This document shows, in pieces, positions 46,507 to 56,129 of a DNA stretch of 64,000 nt. Numbering within the stretch: the stretch's first letter is position 1; each line of letters opens with the position of its first letter. The translations under genes were made by a program, and so were the position numbers. The notes below the pieces were generated by a model. It was not told where the DNA came from and ran no database searches. It saw only the letters and a program-made list of their open reading frames with translations. The DNA lies in contig NZ_MWQY01000009.1 of assembly GCF_002087085.1 (NCBI RefSeq), positions 124,001 through 188,000 of the forward strand, given 5' to 3'.

Positions 46507-46729
46507 GGAGAACTCCTCTCCCGACCTGGTTCATATCCTTACTACAATGATAATAAAGGAAAGGACAAAAGGAAATCAGTACCCGCCGCGCCCGACGATA
46601 TGGCTGCCCCTGGGAATTGATGGTCGAAGAGTTCTGCATATTCTCATTTTGGAACTCTTAGACTTGCTAGTATATTAAAAATGACATGCCCGGTGCAGGT
46701 ACAATTTTCTTTAAACGAGGAGGCAGAAC

Positions 46730-47089
46730 ATGGACAAATTACATATGCAGCAGTGTAAACCGTGCAGGGGAGATGAACCTGCACTGACACAGGACGAAAT
46801 AGAATTATTCCTGGAGCAGGTTCCGGCTTGGAAGCTGTATCAGGCTCAGGAGGGCCCCAGAATTACCCGCGGCTTCTCTTTTGACGATTTTTCCCAGGCG
46901 CTCTCGTTTACCGACAGGGTGGGTCAATTGGCCGAACAGCAGGGCCATCATCCCAGGATCACTACGGAATGGGGAAAAGTGGAGGTAAGCTGGTGGACCC
47001 ATAAGATCAGCGGTCTTCATACAAACGACTTCATCATGGCGTCAAGAACGGACAAGCTGTACGATGAATTTTCAGGAGCAGCTTCGTAA
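46730..47089 (+). CDS. phhB: Pterin-4-alpha-carbinolamine dehydratase
   Basis: AE..GHHP, WWTH...GL..NDFIMA and N-terminal CxPC motifs. Confidence 0.9.
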   Translation: MDKLHMQQCKPCRGDEPALTQDEIELFLEQVPAWKLYQAQEGPRITRGFSFDDFSQALSFTDRVGQLAEQQGHHPRITTEWGKVEVSWWTHKISGLHTNDFIMASRTDKLYDEFSGAAS

Positions 47090-47199
47090 GCTGAAAAACC
47101 CACACCCTGTGTGAAGCACATCCTTTCGGCCTTCTGAGAGATATCGCAAGCGGAAGGATGGGGGCCCGGGAGCAGGAACTGGCTGGCCCCCTTCAAACG

Positions 47200-48042
47200 C
47201 TACTGATCCTTATCCATCAGCCTGCTCAGGCCCTTGTACGTGGAGACGAGGGAATGCACAACAACCTGGGAGTCCTTCAGGGAATCGAAGGTGCTCTCCA
47301 GGGTTGAGGTACCATCCATCAGCGCGGAACTCTCCTGCTCCAGGGCCGCGGAGATCTCGCTTATGGCTTCTGCAAGTTTTCCTTCTTCCGCCTGGGTTTC
47401 ACTGAAGCTTTGACGTACCTCGGATATATCGGTACTGAAATTTCCCAGGACCTGGGTAAAGCGTTTGACATAATCGCTCATCTGCCCGATAAAAGTCGAA
47501 AACTCATTCAGGGAATCGGTGATCTCCCTGGTAAAGCGGGCGGTCTGTCCCGCCAGATTTCGGACCTCCCCGGCTATAACCCGGAACCCCTTTCCAAACT
47601 CCCCTGCCCGGGCAGCCTCGATGGAAGCGTTAATGGCGAGGACATTGGTCTTTTCCGAAACATCCTGAATGGAAGTAGTGATAGACTTTATGGCTTCGGT
47701 ACGTTTACGGACGTCGTCAAAGAGATTTTGCATCTCTCCCGAAACAGATCTTACTTCCACAATCTCATCCACCCGGCTCTGAAGTTCTCCGTCCAGTCGG
47801 CGGGTTTCGTGGATGATTTCGCCCATTTTCTGGTCAATACGACTCGTATTCTCTGAGACATGCTGGGAAGTTGAACGGAACTCCTCGAAGGTTGTAACAA
47901 TGGATTCCAGGGAATCCCGGATTGCGTCGATATCTTCGGTAATAATCTTCATGGACCGCTCGGTTATCTCACCAAGCATTACCGACTTGTTATATCCCAG
48001 AACTATCTTTCTGTTCGCTTTGGAGTCAATAAAATCATCCAC
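47200..48042 (-). CDS. Soluble methyl-accepting chemotaxis protein (no TM, no sensor domain)
   Basis: [30 protein letters not shown] signalling hairpin. Confidence 0.9.
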   Translation of the reverse strand: MDDFIDSKANRKIVLGYNKSVMLGEITERSMKIITEDIDAIRDSLESIVTTFEEFRSTSQHVSENTSRIDQKMGEIIHETRRLDGELQSRVDEIVEVRSVSGEMQNLFDDVRKRTEAIKSITTSIQDVSEKTNVLAINASIEAARAGEFGKGFRVIAGEVRNLAGQTARFTREITDSLNEFSTFIGQMSDYVKRFTQVLGNFSTDISEVRQSFSETQAEEGKLAEAISEISAALEQESSALMDGTSTLESTFDSLKDSQVVVHSLVSTYKGLSRLMDKDQ

Positions 48043-48045
48043 AGC

Positions 48046-48810
48046 TTACGCTCCTGTCAGGGACTTTAGATGGTCTATTCCACAATTCAGATTACCGAAC
48101 CAGTCGTAAAATTTCCTGACAAGTTCACCCCGCATCATTGCGCCGTGTTGAGGAGCGAGAATAGAAACATCGAGTTTTCGACACATACTGATCCATCGAG
48201 CAGCCGCCTGGTTACTCCCCATGGCCCTTGCATGAAAGGGTTCCATGAGGCGCGTATGGTTTTCAAAATCTTCCACCTCCGGATATTCCCTTCCCTCCGG
48301 GAAAACCGCGGTCCCGATATCACCGGAAAAAAGGATTTTCGACCTGGGATCGTAGAGAGAAAAGTTTCCTGCGGAATGAAGAAAATGGGCGGGTATCAGC
48401 TTAAGAGAAACAGAGCCGAGATTTATGCTTCCTCCCTCGTCCTCAAGGGGAGTGATTCTGCTCTGGTCCACCAGACCGAAGTGGGGTACGAAACGACGCC
48501 AGATATCGTGGATATACACCTGGGCCTTTGTTACACCGAGCCACAGCGCAATCCCCGAGGAGACGTCCGGATCCTGGTGAGAAAAGAAAATCGATTCCAC
48601 ATCATCAAGGCTGATAAAACGGCTGACAACGGATACTACCCGTGAAAAGAGATGAACTCCCCCGGGATCAAGAAGTATCCCTTTACCGGAATTGACAATA
48701 AGATACTGATTGGTCTGAATCGCACCGGAAGATACATCTGCGTCCCATCCAAGCCATATTACTTTATGATCATTCTCCTCGTACAGCACGTAACCGCGGG
48801 TTGTATCCAT
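48046..48810 (-). CDS. MBL-fold oxygen-binding di-iron protein (ODP-like)
   Basis: NQYLI, LDPGG, SHQDPD, AHFLH, FSGD and PQHG motifs; no flavodoxin domain; 3 nt upstream of a soluble MCP. Confidence 0.8.
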   Translation of the reverse strand: MDTTRGYVLYEENDHKVIWLGWDADVSSGAIQTNQYLIVNSGKGILLDPGGVHLFSRVVSVVSRFISLDDVESIFFSHQDPDVSSGIALWLGVTKAQVYIHDIWRRFVPHFGLVDQSRITPLEDEGGSINLGSVSLKLIPAHFLHSAGNFSLYDPRSKILFSGDIGTAVFPEGREYPEVEDFENHTRLMEPFHARAMGSNQAAARWISMCRKLDVSILAPQHGAMMRGELVRKFYDWFGNLNCGIDHLKSLTGA

Positions 48811-48878
48811 CTGCACCTCCTGCATGTGATTTGTCACAAGGCAATTATGATTGAATTTACCGTATTATTCAATAAATC

Positions 48879-49721
48879 CTAGGAAGAATGACCAGAATAC
48901 AGTTGGATGAGATTCCCTGCCCGACGTTTCCAGGCTTCCCGTAACTCGGATCTGTGGCGGAGATAATCGTTGTCATCACTTTTTCTTTCCCGCCGAATAA
49001 CATCCATTGCATCCACGAGCAGACCGGAGAAATAGTTGATCTTTTTCACTCCCCTGCGCACGGCTTCGCGTATGGCTTCATCCGGGACACCCGTTGCCCC
49101 ATGAAGTACCAGGGGAACACCGGTTTCCCGGGCGATCCTTGATATAAGTTCCTGCTGAATTTCAGGCTCCGCTGTGTACAAACCGTGGGCAGTTCCCACA
49201 GCGACGGCCAGGGCGTCCACCCCGGTCTCGGCGCAGAATTCCCCTGCCTCCTGCGGATCCGTATAAACGGCTCCCCTGGTGTCCACCAGTCCGGCCACCC
49301 CTTCGTCGCCAGGAAGCGGTCCAAGTTCAGCCTCGACAGAAGCGTTGAACAGACGGGCCCTCTGAACTATCCCTCGTGTAACTTCGACGTTTGCAGCGAA
49401 GGGTTTTCTGGAGGCATCGATCATTACCGAGGAGAACCCTGAATCCAGGGCTTCATCTATAATATCCAGATCCTCCGGACCCGCATGATCCAGGTGGAGG
49501 GCCGCAGGAATATCGGCTTCAACACACAGGGCTCGAATGGAGGGAATAAACAGACGGCCTCCCAGGGCCTTCCAGTGACGTACGGCTATCCCGATAATCA
49601 CCGGCTGCCGGGCTTCTTCTCCCGCTTCAAGACAAGCCCGGGCCATTTCAAAATCGACGCAGTTGAACGAGGCAATCGCTCCACGTGACTGTTCGAGCAT
49701 TTCCTTGCAGTTTATCAGCAT
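48879..49721 (-). CDS. Class II fructose/tagatose-bisphosphate aldolase family
   Basis: HLDH, SVMID.S, VEAELG, GTAHG.Y and LVLHG motifs. Confidence 0.9.
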   Translation of the reverse strand: MLINCKEMLEQSRGAIASFNCVDFEMARACLEAGEEARQPVIIGIAVRHWKALGGRLFIPSIRALCVEADIPAALHLDHAGPEDLDIIDEALDSGFSSVMIDASRKPFAANVEVTRGIVQRARLFNASVEAELGPLPGDEGVAGLVDTRGAVYTDPQEAGEFCAETGVDALAVAVGTAHGLYTAEPEIQQELISRIARETGVPLVLHGATGVPDEAIREAVRRGVKKINYFSGLLVDAMDVIRRERKSDDNDYLRHRSELREAWKRRAGNLIQLYSGHSS

Positions 49722-51277
49722 TTTCCACCCTCCTTGACTTCGGAGGCTTCCTTCGAGAAATCCTCCGCCGCGGCATATACATCACCTGTGTTCAAGGCAT
49801 TATACAACGCTTCCCGTAAAAGAGCAGCCTTGCGATAAATATCGAAACGTGAAGAATTCGGGTGAATATATCGATCCTCCCCGTCCCTGACCGAATCAAA
49901 TGCCTTCTGATAGCTCTCTTCAACACCGAGACTGACCAGAGCGCTAATCAGGGCACCCCTGGAAGAAGCTTCGCTGCTGGGAGGAATACGAACGGTTGTT
50001 TCAAAGATGTCAGCCTGCATTTGATTAAAGAGCTCGAACCTTGTCAGTCCTCCGGCCACACAGATTTCAGTCAATTCAGCGGGAATTATCTCCCGCATTC
50101 TCTTTAATCCCGCACCCATCTCCAGAACCAGGGATTCAAGCAGTGCCCGGGCAATATCGGCCTTGGAATTGGCCAGGGTCAAATTAAAAATGGTTCCCTT
50201 TGCCAGAGGATTCCAGAACGGCGCGGCACTGCCCTTGAAATGAGGAAGAACGATCACCCCGTGAGCCCCCGGGGGGGATTCCCGGACCAGCTGGTTCACT
50301 TTGAGAATATCCGCCTGTTCATTCTGCCTGCCCGTTTCTCCGAATTCGCCGGCGAACCAGCTGTACAGGATTCCAGTGGTAAGAACCCCTGCTTCAACGA
50401 CCCACTGTCCGGGGATGGCGGCTATGCTGCAGAGGGTTCTTGACTCCGGATGAAAGAGGGGCTCAGGCACCGGAGTAATCAGAAAAGAGCCGGTGCCGGT
50501 GTTAGCCTCCACGGATCCTGCCTCCAGGACTCCCATTCCCAGTGCGGCAACCTGCTGGTCTCCGCCTGCAAGAATTACGGGAGTCTTCCCTGGAAATGAG
50601 GTTTCTTTTGCAAGACCGGAGCTCAGATTTCCGATAATAGTTCCCGGAGAAGTCAGTTCCGGTAAACGATCCCTGTCAACAAAAGAGGCATCCAGCATCC
50701 GGCGGCTCCACTCCCGGTTGCTTACATCCAGAAGCATTGTACGGCAGGCCTGGGAATAGTCGCTTACAAATCTGCCGGTAAGCACAAAGGCGACATAATC
50801 CTGCACCCCCAGGAATTTATGCGCCGCGGCATAGACATCGGGTTTATTATCCCGGTACCACAGGATTTTTGGTGCGGAGAAGTAGGGATCGATTCTGAGC
50901 CCGGTTATTCTGTAGACATCCTCCGCAGAAACTTCCTTCCGGATCAGGTCGCACTGTCGTGAGGTGGTTTTATCCTGCCACATGAATACCTCATCCAGAG
51001 CTTTTCCAGCCCTGTCCACCGGTACAACCGAAGCCCGCTGGGATGTCACCGCAATGGCGAGAACCTCCGCATTATTGCTTACGGCATACTCACCGCAGGC
51101 GGAGAGAACATGGCGGATACCCCTGTCCCAGTCCTCAGTGGATTGCCGTACCCGACCATCCTTATAAAAATTCGGGGAATATCCATGGGACTCTGAAACA
51201 AGTTCCTTTCCATTGAGCGTATATAAGGTTCCTCGGATGCTGGAGGTGCCGACATCCAGAGCACAAATTGTTTGCAT
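49715..51277 (-). CDS. FGGY-family carbohydrate kinase
   Basis: LDVGTSS, WQD, GGDQ, TGTG and GG....N motifs. Confidence 0.9.
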   Translation of the reverse strand: MQTICALDVGTSSIRGTLYTLNGKELVSESHGYSPNFYKDGRVRQSTEDWDRGIRHVLSACGEYAVSNNAEVLAIAVTSQRASVVPVDRAGKALDEVFMWQDKTTSRQCDLIRKEVSAEDVYRITGLRIDPYFSAPKILWYRDNKPDVYAAAHKFLGVQDYVAFVLTGRFVSDYSQACRTMLLDVSNREWSRRMLDASFVDRDRLPELTSPGTIIGNLSSGLAKETSFPGKTPVILAGGDQQVAALGMGVLEAGSVEANTGTGSFLITPVPEPLFHPESRTLCSIAAIPGQWVVEAGVLTTGILYSWFAGEFGETGRQNEQADILKVNQLVRESPPGAHGVIVLPHFKGSAAPFWNPLAKGTIFNLTLANSKADIARALLESLVLEMGAGLKRMREIIPAELTEICVAGGLTRFELFNQMQADIFETTVRIPPSSEASSRGALISALVSLGVEESYQKAFDSVRDGEDRYIHPNSSRFDIYRKAALLREALYNALNTGDVYAAAEDFSKEASEVKEGGKC

Positions 51278-51327
51278 TATGACCTCGAAAATTATGAGAA
51301 AATAGTATAGGTTTATAATGGGAAGCG

Positions 51328-51373
51328 GCCACGATCGGTCGCATTGGTTGGCGCCTTTACGGACCGATCGCGG
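51328..51373 (-). terminator. Intercistronic hairpin after the GntP-family gene
   Basis: GCCACGATCGGTC...GACCGATCGCGGC imperfect IR. Confidence 0.5.
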
Positions 51374-51386
51374 CTTGCCTTTCCCG

Positions 51387-52730
51387 TTAAGCCAGTCCTG
51401 GAAGAATTCCGGAGAAAAGGCTTAATATCAGTATGATTACCAGTGCGGTTACACCGGCGATGGTGCCGCCCGCTGTCCACGACTTCAGCGTATCCTGTAC
51501 ACTGATGTTCGCGTATCTGGACACGACCCAGAAGCCGGAATCGTTGGGCAGTGAGAGACCGACCCCTCCGGCACAGATTGCGAGCCCCACAAGAATCGGA
51601 GATACTCCCATACTCGCGGCAACAGGCCCAAGTATGGTGGATGTCGTAACCAGCGCTACCGTTGTGGAACCGAGAGAAGAGCGGAGTATCTGGCTCAGAA
51701 CAAATCCGAGTACTATCAGCGGCATATTCACATTCGTGAATATTTCCACCAGATAGTCCCCTATGCCCGTGCTCTTGATGACATTACCGAAGGAACCGCC
51801 GGCACCGGTTATCAGAAAAATCATACCCGCCGAACCGACAGCGGTAACAATAACTTCGTCGATGGACCGGGGAATGTATTTCTTGAGCGCCAGCATTGCA
51901 ACAATCACGCCGATCAGGAGGGCGATATTCTTGTCGCCGATGAAACCGAAAAAGGTCAGTACGGGGCCATCACCCCTCAAAACCATTTTCATAATGCTGC
52001 CGAGAAGAATCAGAACGATTGGCAGGAGCAGAACGGAAATGGACAAACCTGCACTTGGCCTGTTGTCCGTATTCTTCAGCGCCACCTCTTCTTCCGGAAT
52101 AACGTTGTTTTTGGCCCGCTTTCCCAGGAAAGTACCGAACAGGTATCCTCCGATAACCGCCGAAGGAATTGAGACAATCAGCGAATACAGCAGAAAGAGG
52201 CCAAAATCAGCTCCCATGTTTCCAGCCACGGCAATCGGACCCGGTGTCGGGATAACGATGGCATGGGTAACTATGAGACCTACTGCGAGGGCGGTAACAT
52301 AGGTGATAAAGGGTATCCTGGTTCGCTGGGATAAACGCCGGATAAGAGGTTCAAAAATAACGAAAGCGGCATCAAAGAAGACGGGGATAGATACCAGGTA
52401 CCCGGCAAAGTTGATTGCCAGGGGCGATCGTTTATCGCCGACTTTATTCACCAGGGTATGAGCAATCTGATCGGTGGCGTTGGCCTCGGCAAGTATCTGT
52501 CCGAGAACGATACCGAGACCGATAACAATACCTATCCCGGAAAGAGTCCCGCCAAATCCCGAAGCAAGCGTACCGCCTATCTGGTCAATGGGCATACCGA
52601 CCAGAAACCCGGTCAGAACGCCGCTTAAAAGCAATACGATAAAAGGATTCATACGGAACGCCAGAATTGCCAACAGAACAAAGGCAATTGCCACAATAAA
52701 AATTACGAGCAATAAAGGGCCTGTAACCAT
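51387..52730 (-). CDS. GntP-family (gluconate:H+ symporter) permease
   Basis: SIPVFFD, PTPGP, GAGG.FG, GS.TVA and NDSGFW motifs. Confidence 0.92.
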   Translation of the reverse strand: MVTGPLLLVIFIVAIAFVLLAILAFRMNPFIVLLLSGVLTGFLVGMPIDQIGGTLASGFGGTLSGIGIVIGLGIVLGQILAEANATDQIAHTLVNKVGDKRSPLAINFAGYLVSIPVFFDAAFVIFEPLIRRLSQRTRIPFITYVTALAVGLIVTHAIVIPTPGPIAVAGNMGADFGLFLLYSLIVSIPSAVIGGYLFGTFLGKRAKNNVIPEEEVALKNTDNRPSAGLSISVLLLPIVLILLGSIMKMVLRGDGPVLTFFGFIGDKNIALLIGVIVAMLALKKYIPRSIDEVIVTAVGSAGMIFLITGAGGSFGNVIKSTGIGDYLVEIFTNVNMPLIVLGFVLSQILRSSLGSTTVALVTTSTILGPVAASMGVSPILVGLAICAGGVGLSLPNDSGFWVVSRYANISVQDTLKSWTAGGTIAGVTALVIILILSLFSGILPGLA

Positions 52731-52813
52731 TTATTATTCCTCCTTATATAATCTCAACAAAAGCACCTTTATACAGAACCTGTGCATTACCTCCTTCCAT
52801 GTTTTTTTCTGGA

Positions 52814-53911
52814 TTAGCTCTGTATACCGGTAAGCCATTGTTTGAATTCAGAATTTTCGAGAATCTGCGGATTTACAATAAAGCGGGGCTTCCTGCCTTC
52901 AAGAAGTTTCTGTATATCTTCCATAAGCAGCCCCGGAGAACTGGTCAATGCTTCTTTTGTCGTTCCGGCAATATGGGTGGTGAGGGTAATATTATCCAGT
53001 TCCACAAATTTATCTTTCTCAGGAAGCGGCTCAGTGGGAAATACATCAAGTGCCGCACCGGCTATTTTTTTTTCCTTCAGAACGGAGTAGAGGGCATCGT
53101 AGTCAACTAAGCCTGCACGTCCGGTGTTGATAAAATAGCTTTCCGGTTTCATCAGCGCGAATTCCTTACTGCCGATCATTCCCCTGTTCTCATCCGTCAG
53201 CCTGGCATGAACGGTGACAAAATCACTCTGCCTGAAAAGATCTTCCAGGCTTACCAGTTTCACTCCAAGTTCTCCGGCAATTTCCGGATTCACATAGGGA
53301 TCGAAGGCCAGGATTTCAGTGTTGAAGCCTGAAAGCTTGCGGGCCACCAGCTGGCCGATATAGCCGAAACCGACAATTCCTATTGTCTTCTCCTTCAGCT
53401 GGGGGACCATATCGGAATTGGAAAATGTTTTTCTCCACTCTCCCTGTTTTATTGCCAGGTGGGCCCGGGCAATATTACGGGATTCAGATAGCATCAATCC
53501 TACTGCAAAATCACTGACGGCTTCCGCGTTTCTGCCCTGTACATTGAAAACAAGAATACCCCGGCGGTTTGCTTCTTCGAGATTCACGTTCTCCAGACCG
53601 GCACGGCAGACCCCGGCTATTCGGAGATCAGGCAGAGCCTCCATCAGTTTGGACGAAACAGGGACAAAGAGTCCCATGACAAGCTCTGCCTCCCGGTCTT
53701 CGGAACCAAGCATCTCAGGAACAATCTCGATCTCCGGTCCCTGTTTTTCAACTTCCAGTCTGCGAAACTGCAGCTTCTGCCAATCACTTTCCCAGTCGCC
53801 TGTTTTTACATCTTCAACATATTTTGCCAGGTAACGGTCAAAAGCGGGACGAAAATCCTTTCCCGGAATCATTGCGTCACCTATAATGCATGCTTTTTTT
53901 ATCTTACCCAT
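52814..53911 (-). CDS. D-isomer-specific 2-hydroxyacid dehydrogenase (YoaD-like)
   Basis: GRNAEAV.D, GFG.IG, INT.RA.LVD, ALDVF..EP and HIAG motifs. Confidence 0.88.
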   Translation of the reverse strand: MGKIKKACIIGDAMIPGKDFRPAFDRYLAKYVEDVKTGDWESDWQKLQFRRLEVEKQGPEIEIVPEMLGSEDREAELVMGLFVPVSSKLMEALPDLRIAGVCRAGLENVNLEEANRRGILVFNVQGRNAEAVSDFAVGLMLSESRNIARAHLAIKQGEWRKTFSNSDMVPQLKEKTIGIVGFGYIGQLVARKLSGFNTEILAFDPYVNPEIAGELGVKLVSLEDLFRQSDFVTVHARLTDENRGMIGSKEFALMKPESYFINTGRAGLVDYDALYSVLKEKKIAGAALDVFPTEPLPEKDKFVELDNITLTTHIAGTTKEALTSSPGLLMEDIQKLLEGRKPRFIVNPQILENSEFKQWLTGIQS

Positions 53912-53930
53912 CGTTCTGTCTCCTTACTCT

Positions 53931-54797
53931 CTATCTTTTCTGACGGGCCACAGCTATCTGGGACCCGGCAATGGCTTCTATACCACGATTTCCCAGCTTG
54001 AAAGTCAGGACTATCGTCAATAAATCTATAATAACCAGCTGCAGGATTCTGGAGGTCATTGCATCCGGTCGGTAGTTCATCTCGTTTGTACTGCTCAAGA
54101 GCTGTATGCTGGTAAGCTCCGACAGGGTGGAATGGGGATAACTGGTAATCGCCAGGGACTCTCCTCCCTGCTCCAGCACCATCCGGCAGCAGTCCAGGAG
54201 CACTTCGCTCTCGCCTGAATGGGACACGAAAATAAAAAGGTCTCCCCTTTTTGCCTGCGCACTGTGTATCGCCATAATGTGGGGATCATGGCATACGGCG
54301 GCACTCAATCCGAGGCGGATAAGTTTATGAAAAAGATCTCCGGCAATATATGCCGAGGAACCGACTCCGAAAATAAAGAGTCGCGATGCATTCAGCACCT
54401 TCCCGGCGAAGGACTCCAGGTCCCGGTCAGAAATAAGACTCCTGATATCTTCAACTGCAGCTACCGTCGATGAGACAACCTTCTCTTTAATGCTTCCCAC
54501 CGAATCATCGCTTTCGATATCCGACCAGGCATATTTGGGGGTTTCTTCCTGCAATCCCTGGGCAAGCTGCACGCGGAAGACCTGATAGGAAGCGAACCCG
54601 ATCTTTCGCAGAAAGCGCATGATAGTGGTCTCGCTTGTGCCGCAGGTCGTAGCAAGATCGGTAATTGACAGGTACATCGCCCGGTCGCTGTTCTTCAGAA
54701 CGTAATCGGCGATTTTACGCTGTACCTCGCTGAGGCTATGGTAATTCCTGCGTATGGATGAGGGAATATCGATGGCCTTGCGTTTTTCATTTTCCAT
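53931..54797 (-). CDS. RpiR/MurR-family transcriptional regulator (HTH + SIS)
   Basis: LS....KIADY, SETTI.RF..K.GF, GVGSS and SHSGES motifs. Confidence 0.92.
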   Translation of the reverse strand: MENEKRKAIDIPSSIRRNYHSLSEVQRKIADYVLKNSDRAMYLSITDLATTCGTSETTIMRFLRKIGFASYQVFRVQLAQGLQEETPKYAWSDIESDDSVGSIKEKVVSSTVAAVEDIRSLISDRDLESFAGKVLNASRLFIFGVGSSAYIAGDLFHKLIRLGLSAAVCHDPHIMAIHSAQAKRGDLFIFVSHSGESEVLLDCCRMVLEQGGESLAITSYPHSTLSELTSIQLLSSTNEMNYRPDAMTSRILQLVIIDLLTIVLTFKLGNRGIEAIAGSQIAVARQKR

Positions 54798-54878
54798 AGT
54801 AGTAAATTATTTTCCCCTATTCTCTGATCGGCGTTTATTTCCTACCTTCAGTCTATCACAGTTCAGTTTTCTGTCAAT

Positions 54879-54908
54879 AAAAAAAGCGCCTCCCCGAAGG
54901 AAGGCGCT
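54879..54908 (-). terminator. Rho-independent terminator after the sugar ABC operon
   Basis: Minus strand AGCGCCTTCC-TTCG-GGGAGGCGCT-TTTTTT. Confidence 0.85.
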
Positions 54909-54928
54909 GGAAAACAGGCAGGGAAATC

Positions 54929-56116
54929 TTATTTACTGCCGATTTTGCGGGTTGTCACGTCGAATATGACAGCCAGGGCAAGAACAGCACCCCGGACAAT
55001 GTACTGAGCGGCGATATCAATTCCCATCAGGTTCATTCCCGATGTCAGGGAGGTATAGACTATTGCTCCGATCAGGGAACTGACAACCGAGCCTACACCT
55101 CCGGCGGCGGAAACACCACCGATATAGGCGGCTGCGATGGCATCGAGCTCAAAGAGCGTACCGGCGGTAGTAGTCGCAGATTGCAGCCTGGCGGCGAAGA
55201 GCATACCAGAAAGCCCGGAAAGCATACCCATGGAACCGAACACAATGAAGGTGATTTTCTTGACATTGATACCGGAAAGTTCAGCCGCCTCCGGATTTCC
55301 GCCCACAGCATAGATGTGACGTCCGAGAACGGTTTTTTTGGTAACAAAACTGTATATGGCAACCACCAGGAGCACGATAACCAGCGTCCAGGACATCCCG
55401 TTATAGCCCGCAAGGATCCACGTTACGATTGCAATTATTACGGACATGAATACCATCTGCCCGATAAAGAGATGACGGGATACGGTCTCGAAGCCATAGA
55501 AAATTTTGGCTTTGCGTGCTCGTATCTTTGTTACAACGTTGAATCCGATAAGGAGAAGGCCGATAATAAGTGTCAGCTTATGCACTTCCGGAAGAAAAAC
55601 ATCCGAGGCAAAGATATCCGGAATAAAACCGTTACCCATGGCATTAAAGGTTGCGTTGGGGATTATAATGGTGCCTGTCTTCAGGGTGGCAAGAAGCAGT
55701 GCGCCGCGATAGATAAGCCAGCCGGCCAGGGAGGCAACAAATGCCGGAATACCGAGCTGTGCCACCGGATAGGCGGTAATAAGCCCTGCGACAATACCGA
55801 GAACCAGGATCATGGGAATGACAATCCATATGGGCAGATGCCAGAAAACCATACCTATGGCGGCTATGGCCCCCAGAAACCCCGATAAAAACCCCACCGA
55901 GAGGTCTATATGCCGGATAACGATTACCAGGGTCACACCAATCGCCAGAACGGCAAGATAGCCCGTCTGATTGAGAAGATTCGATATATTCCTGGAGGAT
56001 AAAAATATTCCGTCCGTGGCTACACCGAATATCAGAAAAATGATAAACAGGGCTATGTACATTCCGTAATCACGGATATTTCTTTTTAATTCAGTTTTCA
56101 GTTCATTGAGAATCAT
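54929..56116 (-). CDS. Multiple-monosaccharide ABC permease (GguB/XylH-like)
   Basis: HIDLSVG, GRH.YAVGGN..AA.LSGI and ELDAIAA..IGG motifs. Confidence 0.9.
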   Translation of the reverse strand: MILNELKTELKRNIRDYGMYIALFIIFLIFGVATDGIFLSSRNISNLLNQTGYLAVLAIGVTLVIVIRHIDLSVGFLSGFLGAIAAIGMVFWHLPIWIVIPMILVLGIVAGLITAYPVAQLGIPAFVASLAGWLIYRGALLLATLKTGTIIIPNATFNAMGNGFIPDIFASDVFLPEVHKLTLIIGLLLIGFNVVTKIRARKAKIFYGFETVSRHLFIGQMVFMSVIIAIVTWILAGYNGMSWTLVIVLLVVAIYSFVTKKTVLGRHIYAVGGNPEAAELSGINVKKITFIVFGSMGMLSGLSGMLFAARLQSATTTAGTLFELDAIAAAYIGGVSAAGGVGSVVSSLIGAIVYTSLTSGMNLMGIDIAAQYIVRGAVLALAVIFDVTTRKIGSK

Positions 56117-56129
56117 GAACTCCTCCTTC

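Noticed and set aside
47100..47195. Weak hairpins between phhB and the MCP gene as an ncRNA
   Set aside because: Short imperfect stems between convergent genes, more simply explained as terminators.
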